Both the position numbers and the translations under genes were made by a program. From the NCBI GenBank assembly GCA_945865925.1, contig CAMBFG010000001.1, positions 142,854 to 206,853 on the forward strand: a stretch of 64,000 nt of DNA, written 5' to 3'. Positions 58,710-64,000 of the stretch are shown one piece after another (positions within the stretch are counted from its first letter, which is position 1; each line of letters begins with the position of its first letter). Source of the DNA: Dehalococcoides mccartyi (GTDB lineage: Bacteria > Chloroflexota > Dehalococcoidia > UBA2979). The notes below the pieces were generated by a model. That model was not told the origin of the DNA and did not search any database. It saw only the letters and a program-made list of their open reading frames with translations.

Positions 58710-59114
58710 ATGCGATGGCTTGCGGTTGATGCCGGGACGGTCCGTGTCGGGCTCGCGATTTGCGATCCCGAGGAGCGCCTCGCTGTGCCGCTGGAGATCG
58801 TGTCCGCGTCCGCCGCCTACCCTGCCATTCGCGCGATTGCCGCACGCGAAGCCGTCGAGGGCATCGTGATGGGCTTGCCGCTGCACATGGGCGGTGGCGA
58901 GGGTGACTCCGCCGCGATGGCGCGCCGCCTTGGCGAGCGGATCGCGAAGGGCCTCGGCCTCCCCGTGGAGTACGAGGACGAACGGCTGACCTCGTCGGAG
59001 GCGGAACGCCTCGGAGGGACGGGGAAGCCATCGGACGACCTCGCGGCGGCGCTGATCCTTGAACAGTTCCTCGCACGGCGGCGGTCCGAGGCACGAGACG
59101 CGGGGCGCGCGTGA
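58710..59114 (+). CDS. ruvX: Holliday-junction resolvase-like RuvX/YqgF
   Basis: MRWLAVDAGTVRVGLAICD is the canonical YqgF N-terminus. ATG at 58710. Confidence 0.9.
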   Translation: MRWLAVDAGTVRVGLAICDPEERLAVPLEIVSASAAYPAIRAIAAREAVEGIVMGLPLHMGGGEGDSAAMARRLGERIAKGLGLPVEYEDERLTSSEAERLGGTGKPSDDLAAALILEQFLARRRSEARDAGRA

Positions 59115-60202
59115 GTCTGCGGCGAGCCGATGCCCAACTGGCCCTGCTGGCGGTGGCGATCACGGTGATGATCGCGTTCGCGTGGCGCAGCACGCCCGGC
59201 GTGGTCGCTCGTGCGCTCGCCGGCCAGGAGCGCGCGGGAGCCTCCACCGACCAGACGATCGTGCGTGTGACGATCCCGAGCGGGGCGAGTGCGGCGCAGA
59301 TCGTCGAGGCCCTCGATGTTGCCGGGGCGATCTCGGACGCCGGAGCGCTTCGGGTGCTGATGCGGCTGACGGGTGAAGGTTCCGACCTGCAGGCAGGGCG
59401 CTACCAGTTCCGCACGGCCTCGGGCCCTGCCGAGGTGCTACGCATCCTCCGCGGTGGCCCGAACGGCGTGCAGCGGGTGACGATCCGCGAGGGGCTGCGC
59501 GTGGAGGAGATCGGCGCGCTGGTCGTGCACGAAGGCCTCGCCACCCCAGAGGAGTGGGCCGCGGCCGTCGCGAAGCCGCGGCCGGAGGCGTTCCTGGCGC
59601 AGCGGCCGCCAGGTGCCGACCTGACGGGCTACCTCTTCCCCGCCTCGTACGACATCGATCGCACGACGACCGCCGAGGCCCTGGTCCAGATCATGCTGGA
59701 CACCTTCGCCGAACGGGTGCTGCCGCTGGCCGCGGAAGCGAATGCGAGCGGGCTGTCGCTGCACGAGGTGCTGGCGCTGGCCTCGATCGTGGAGCGCGAG
59801 ACGGCGTTCGCAGAGGAGCGCCCGACGGTGGCGGCGGTGTTCCGGAACCGGCTGCGCGCCGGCATCGGCCTGCAGGCCGACCCAACAGTGCAGTTCGCCC
59901 TGACGCGCGGGCCTCGAGGCGCGGCGAGCATCGCGGAGTCGGGGTACTGGAAGCAGATGCTGACGCCGGACGACCTGCGGATCGACTCGCCGTACAACAC
60001 CTACCTGTCCCCGGGCCTCCCGCCGGGGCCGATCGCCAACCCCGGCCTGGGCGCCATCGAGGCCGCGGTGCGGCCAGCGGCGGTGGACTACCTCTATTTC
60101 GTCGCTGCGCCGTCGTGCGACCGGAAGCACCTCTTCGCGACCACCCTAGATCAACACAACGAGAACGTGGCGCTCTTCCGTACCTCGCAATGCGCGCGCT
60201 GA
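59111..60202 (+). CDS. mltG: endolytic murein transglycosylase MltG (YceG family)
   Basis: N-terminal TM, YceG-like domain (GLQADPTVQFALT...YNTYLSPGLPPGPIANPG). Confidence 0.85.
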   Translation: MSLRRADAQLALLAVAITVMIAFAWRSTPGVVARALAGQERAGASTDQTIVRVTIPSGASAAQIVEALDVAGAISDAGALRVLMRLTGEGSDLQAGRYQFRTASGPAEVLRILRGGPNGVQRVTIREGLRVEEIGALVVHEGLATPEEWAAAVAKPRPEAFLAQRPPGADLTGYLFPASYDIDRTTTAEALVQIMLDTFAERVLPLAAEANASGLSLHEVLALASIVERETAFAEERPTVAAVFRNRLRAGIGLQADPTVQFALTRGPRGAASIAESGYWKQMLTPDDLRIDSPYNTYLSPGLPPGPIANPGLGAIEAAVRPAAVDYLYFVAAPSCDRKHLFATTLDQHNENVALFRTSQCAR

Positions 60203-60234
60203 CCCCCAACTGAGGCGCGCAGTAGGCTAGCGGC

Positions 60235-61134
60235 ATGACGAAGCGGATCGCACTCCTGGGGCACCCCGTCGCACACTCGATCTCCCCCGCCTTCCAGCAG
60301 GCGGCGCTGGACGCGTGTGCGATCGACGCGCGCTACGAGGCCTGGGACACGTCGCCGGAGGATCTGCGGATCGCCGTCGAACGGCTGCGCTCTGGAGACC
60401 TCATGGGCGCGAACGTGACCGTCCCCCACAAGGTCGAGGCGATGCGCCTCGTCGACCGGCCGGACGCGTTGGCGGAGCGCGTCGGCGCCCTCAACACGAT
60501 CGTGCACCGCAACGGGCTGCTAGAAGCGACGAACACCGACGTGACCGGCATCCTGCGCGCCCTCGAGTCCGCCGAGGTCGAGGTGCGCGGGGCCGAGGTG
60601 CTGCTGATCGGGGCTGGCGGTGCGGCCCGGGCGGTCGTGGTGGCGATGCGGCATGCCGGGGCAGCGCGCGTCGTCATCGCCAACCGGACGCCGGGGCGCG
60701 CCGCAGCGCTCGCCTCGCTCGGCGGGGAAGACCTCGACCTGCGGTACGCGCCGCTGGATATCGCCGACGCGACCTTCCGAGGGGCGGCGAACCGGGCGCG
60801 GATCATCGTGCAGTCGACGAGCCTCGGGATGCGCCACGGGCCAGATGAGCGGGCGAACCCGGTGCCGGCGGAACTGATGCACCCCGGTCAGGTCGCGTTC
60901 GACCTCGTCTACGTGCCAGAGGAGACGCCGTTCCTGCGGGCCGCCGCCGAGGCAGGCGCGCGGCCAGTCGGCGGCCTCGCCATGCTGGTGCATCAGGGGG
61001 CCGAGGCGTTCCGGCTCTGGACAGGCGCTCCGCCGCCCATCGATGTGATGTTCGAGGCTGCCCGTGAGGCGCTCGCCGCCCGCTCCGCGGGAGCAGGCTC
61101 GACGGGAGCGGTGGGCGGGCCAGAAGATGGGTAA
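60235..61134 (+). CDS. aroE: shikimate dehydrogenase
   Basis: LLGHPVAHSISPAFQQAAL substrate motif and GAGGAARAV NADP-binding motif. Confidence 0.9.
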   Translation: MTKRIALLGHPVAHSISPAFQQAALDACAIDARYEAWDTSPEDLRIAVERLRSGDLMGANVTVPHKVEAMRLVDRPDALAERVGALNTIVHRNGLLEATNTDVTGILRALESAEVEVRGAEVLLIGAGGAARAVVVAMRHAGAARVVIANRTPGRAAALASLGGEDLDLRYAPLDIADATFRGAANRARIIVQSTSLGMRHGPDERANPVPAELMHPGQVAFDLVYVPEETPFLRAAAEAGARPVGGLAMLVHQGAEAFRLWTGAPPPIDVMFEAAREALAARSAGAGSTGAVGGPEDG

Positions 61135-61176
61135 GCCTCGACCGGCGCGGACCATAGGGGCAGAGGGGGACCGCTG

Positions 61177-61863
61177 ATGGGCCTCGGGCTTGGGATCGTC
61201 GCGTGCCTCGTCACGTTCATCATCGTCGGGATCATGGTGATCCAGGCGCGCTTCGCCGCGCGCGCGTGGCGACGGACGATTGCCGCCGGGGACAACCAGG
61301 CGCTGCACGCCCTCCTGGACCAGACGTTCGAGGCTTGGCGGAACGGCCGCCCGCCCCGCCGGACACCGCCGGCCGACTGGCGCGCGCTGCACACAGCAGC
61401 CGTCGTCGCCGCCGACCGAGAGCGCATTCGCGTCTCGCTCCTCGCCGAACCGGACGTCCGGGTCGTCGAGGGCCAACGGGTCGAGGCCGCGGGTGCCCAG
61501 GAAGTCGCCCGCCGCGCCGCCGTGCGCATGGTGGAGCGGTTGATGTATGAAATGCCGCACGTCTCCTTCGGCCACGCTCAGGTGGACGTGCTGACCGAGT
61601 TCCGTCGCCCGGACGGTGGTGTGACCTCGCAGTGCCTGCTCACGACGCGCGTGACGCGCGACCAGGCGGCAGACGCCGACTGGGACGGCAACGACCACAT
61701 CGCGATGCTGGCGGAGTGGGAGACGCACGAGGTCGCACCCGGCAGCCCGGTCGACCCGGACGCCGGCGCGGTGATCCTCGCGCCGGCGATTGATCCGGCA
61801 GAAGCGGTGCGAGCGGCGGAGGCAGCGCTTCGGGCGCAGCGCGAGAAAGACGGTGACGCATGA
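61177..61863 (+). CDS. hypothetical membrane-anchored protein within the shikimate operon
   Basis: N-terminal TM helix. No recognisable domain. 4-nt overlap with aroC. Confidence 0.5.
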   Translation: MGLGLGIVACLVTFIIVGIMVIQARFAARAWRRTIAAGDNQALHALLDQTFEAWRNGRPPRRTPPADWRALHTAAVVAADRERIRVSLLAEPDVRVVEGQRVEAAGAQEVARRAAVRMVERLMYEMPHVSFGHAQVDVLTEFRRPDGGVTSQCLLTTRVTRDQAADADWDGNDHIAMLAEWETHEVAPGSPVDPDAGAVILAPAIDPAEAVRAAEAALRAQREKDGDA

Positions 61864-63041
61864 CTCAGTTCCGCTGGCTCACGGCCGGGGAGTCCCACGG
61901 CAAGGGCCTGCTGATGATCGTGGAAGGTGTCCCCGCCGGCCTCGAGGTCAGCGAGGCGCAGATCGCTGCTGACCTGAAGCGACGGCAGGCAGGCTATGGC
62001 CGCGGCAAGCGCCAGCAGATCGAGTCCGACTTCGCCGAGATCATCACGGGTGTCCGGCACGGCTTGAGCATGGGCTCGCCCATCGGGCTGCACATCGTGA
62101 ACAAGGACCACCTCAACGCCAACTGGCAGGTCCGTATGTCCCCCGGCACCATCGACGAGGACGTGGAGCGGGTGACGTTGCTGCGTCCCGGCCACGCCGA
62201 CCTCGCGGGCACCCAGAAGTACGGGTTCGACGACGTCCGCCCGATCCTCGAGCGGTCGAGCGCGCGTGAAACGGCGGCACGTGTGGCCGTCGGCGCGATC
62301 GCGCGCGCCCTCGTGCGCACCGTGGGCATCGAGGTGCGGTCGCACACCGTGTCGGTTGGGCCGGTCCACGCGAACGTCGGCGATCGGGTGGACTGGGCGG
62401 CCGTCGAGGCATCGCCCGTACGCTGCGCCGACCCCATCGCCGCCCAGCGGATGATCGAGGAGATCGACGCGACCAAGGAAGCCCTGGACACCATCGGCGG
62501 CATCTTCGAAGTGCGCGCCTCCGGTGTGCCGTTCGGCCTCGGCAGTCACGTGCACTGGGACCGGAAGTTGGACGGGCGGATCGCGCAGGCGTTCATGTCG
62601 ATCAACGCCGTGAAGGCGGTAGAGATCGGCGACGGCGTGCAGAACGTGGAGAAGCGCGGCTCGCTGGTGCAGGACGTGATCCTGCCGCAGTCCGCCTGGG
62701 AACGTCGGAAGTGGGAACGCGCCTCGAACCGCGCGGGCGGCATCGAAGCGGGCATGACGAACGGCGAGGAGATCGTGGTGCGTGGCTTCATCAAGCCGAT
62801 CGCGACGATCCCCCAGCGCATGCAGACCGCTGACCTGCTCACAGGCGAAGAGACACAGTCGTTCTACGAGCGTTCGGACGTCGCGGTCGTGCCGGCCGCC
62901 GGGGTCATCGGCGAAGCGATGCTGGCGATCGTGCTAGCCGAGGCCGTCCTCGAGAAGTTTGGTGGCGACCACGTGGCTGAACTGCGGCGCAACTTCGAGG
63001 CCTTCGAGGCGACCGTTGGCCCCCGGGAGCCGCGCTCGTGA
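61860..63041 (+). CDS. aroC: chorismate synthase
   Basis: WLTAGESHGKGLL and GRGKRQQ motifs. Confidence 0.95.
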   Translation: MTQFRWLTAGESHGKGLLMIVEGVPAGLEVSEAQIAADLKRRQAGYGRGKRQQIESDFAEIITGVRHGLSMGSPIGLHIVNKDHLNANWQVRMSPGTIDEDVERVTLLRPGHADLAGTQKYGFDDVRPILERSSARETAARVAVGAIARALVRTVGIEVRSHTVSVGPVHANVGDRVDWAAVEASPVRCADPIAAQRMIEEIDATKEALDTIGGIFEVRASGVPFGLGSHVHWDRKLDGRIAQAFMSINAVKAVEIGDGVQNVEKRGSLVQDVILPQSAWERRKWERASNRAGGIEAGMTNGEEIVVRGFIKPIATIPQRMQTADLLTGEETQSFYERSDVAVVPAAGVIGEAMLAIVLAEAVLEKFGGDHVAELRRNFEAFEATVGPREPRS

Positions 63042-64000
63042 CGACGACATCCGTGTCGCCAGCGCCCAAGCAAATCGTGCTGGTCGGGCTGTCCGGCGTC
63101 GGCAAGAGCACCGTGGGCAAGGCACTCGCACAACGCCTCGGCTGGTCGTACGTCGACACGGACGACCTCGTCACCGCGCGCGATGGCAAGACACCCGCCG
63201 AGATCATCACGGCGCGTGGTGAGCCCGCGTTCCGTGACATCGAGGCGCGCGCCGTCGTGGAGGCGACGAAGCAGGAGTCGGTGATCATCGCGACGGGTGG
63301 GGGCGCGTTCCAGCGCGGCGCGAACCGACGGGCGCTCGGAGAGCGCGGGCTGATCTGCTTCCTGGATGCCACGCCTACGGAGATCGCACGCCGCCTCCGT
63401 GCCGACACGACGCCACGCCCGCTCGTCGATGGTGACCTGGAGGTGAACCTCGCACGGCTCGATGCCGAACGGCGGCCGACCTACAACCACGCGGACGTGT
63501 GGGTGCCCGTGCAGGGCGCACCGGCCCAGCGTGAGCAGACGTGCGACGCGGCCGTGGCACGGATCCTGCGCGCCTGGACGACCGATGGTGCTTCGCTCCT
63601 CGCCAAGCCGCGCCGCCTCGAGCGGTTGGGGCTGGAGGAGCCGGCGCGAGGGCCTGCCGCGCTCGTGGACACCGGAACAGAGCGCTATCCGATCTGGGTT
63701 GGCCAGGGCGAACTGCGACGGCTACCCGATCGGCTGCGCCAGGTTGGCCTCGAGGGGCGGCGCGTGTTCCTGATCTCAGACACGTCCGTGATCGACGCGC
63801 ATGGTCGCGCTGTCGCGGAAGCCCTCGACACTGCAGGGATCGCAGGCGCTTCGTATGTGATCCCCGCCGGCGAGGCCTCCAAGTCGCAGCGTACGGCGAG
63901 CGAGTTGTACGCCTGGCTCGCGAGCGAACGCGCCGAGCGCCGTGACGTGATCCTGGCGTTGGGCGGCGGCGTCGTCGGCGACCTCGCGGGGTACGTCGCG
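63038..64000 (+). CDS. aroK: shikimate kinase fused in-frame to 3-dehydroquinate synthase (aroK-aroB), 3'-partial
   Basis: GTG at 63038 overlaps the aroC stop. VLVGLSGVGKSTVGK P-loop (AroK, ~165 aa). The same frame continues without a stop into an AroB-like sequence (...GGGVVGDLAGYVA) to the window edge. No complete ORF is listed in this frame, consistent with an open frame. Confidence 0.75.
   Translation, partial: MTTTSVSPAPKQIVLVGLSGVGKSTVGKALAQRLGWSYVDTDDLVTARDGKTPAEIITARGEPAFRDIEARAVVEATKQESVIIATGGGAFQRGANRRALGERGLICFLDATPTEIARRLRADTTPRPLVDGDLEVNLARLDAERRPTYNHADVWVPVQGAPAQREQTCDAAVARILRAWTTDGASLLAKPRRLERLGLEEPARGPAALVDTGTERYPIWVGQGELRRLPDRLRQVGLEGRRVFLISDTSVIDAHGRAVAEALDTAGIAGASYVIPAGEASKSQRTASELYAWLASERAERRDVILALGGGVVGDLAGYVA

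Noticed and set aside
1-64000. CRISPR arrays, IS elements or transposases
   Set aside because: No regularly spaced direct repeats and no transposase/DDE or Cas-like translations in any frame. xerD has chromosomal XerC/D features and context rather than those of a phage integrase.

Overview
High-GC (~70%) bacterial chromosomal segment dominated by housekeeping genes. The gene order is typical of Actinobacteria or related high-GC Gram-positives: dgt...dnaG-rpoD, glmS, plsC-cmk-rluB, xseA-xseB, efp-pepP-aroQ, xerD-topA-dprA, glmU, and alaS-ruvX-mltG-aroE-aroC-aroK/aroB. This taxonomic placement is an inference from synteny. I call 59 protein-coding genes (including one partial CDS at each window edge and two disrupted genes), one tRNA-Phe, several intrinsic-terminator-like hairpins and three promoter/operator candidates. 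No CRISPR array, rRNA, transposase or integrase was seen.

The least ordinary parts are:
(i) a perfect 10-6-10 palindrome wrapped around a near-consensus sigma-70 promoter that would make a leaderless ArsR-family gene, heading a three-gene membrane/zinc-ribbon module downstream of glmS;
(ii) a three-gene insertion (DinB-like plus two tandem SH3b-CARDB membrane paralogues) splitting the otherwise conserved dgt-dnaG-rpoD block;
(iii) a tRNA-Phe-flanked patch holding two disrupted genes 2.4 kb apart (an in-frame TAA in a BNR-repeat gene and a +1 frameshift in an S2P/CBS protease);
(iv) an MscL channel carrying a C-terminal CxxC...CxxC zinc ribbon;
(v) a probable aroK-aroB fusion;
(vi) a small SD-equipped ORF translationally coupled to rluB in the position usually held by scpA/scpB.

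All functional calls rest on recognisable protein motifs read from the supplied translations. No database search was run.
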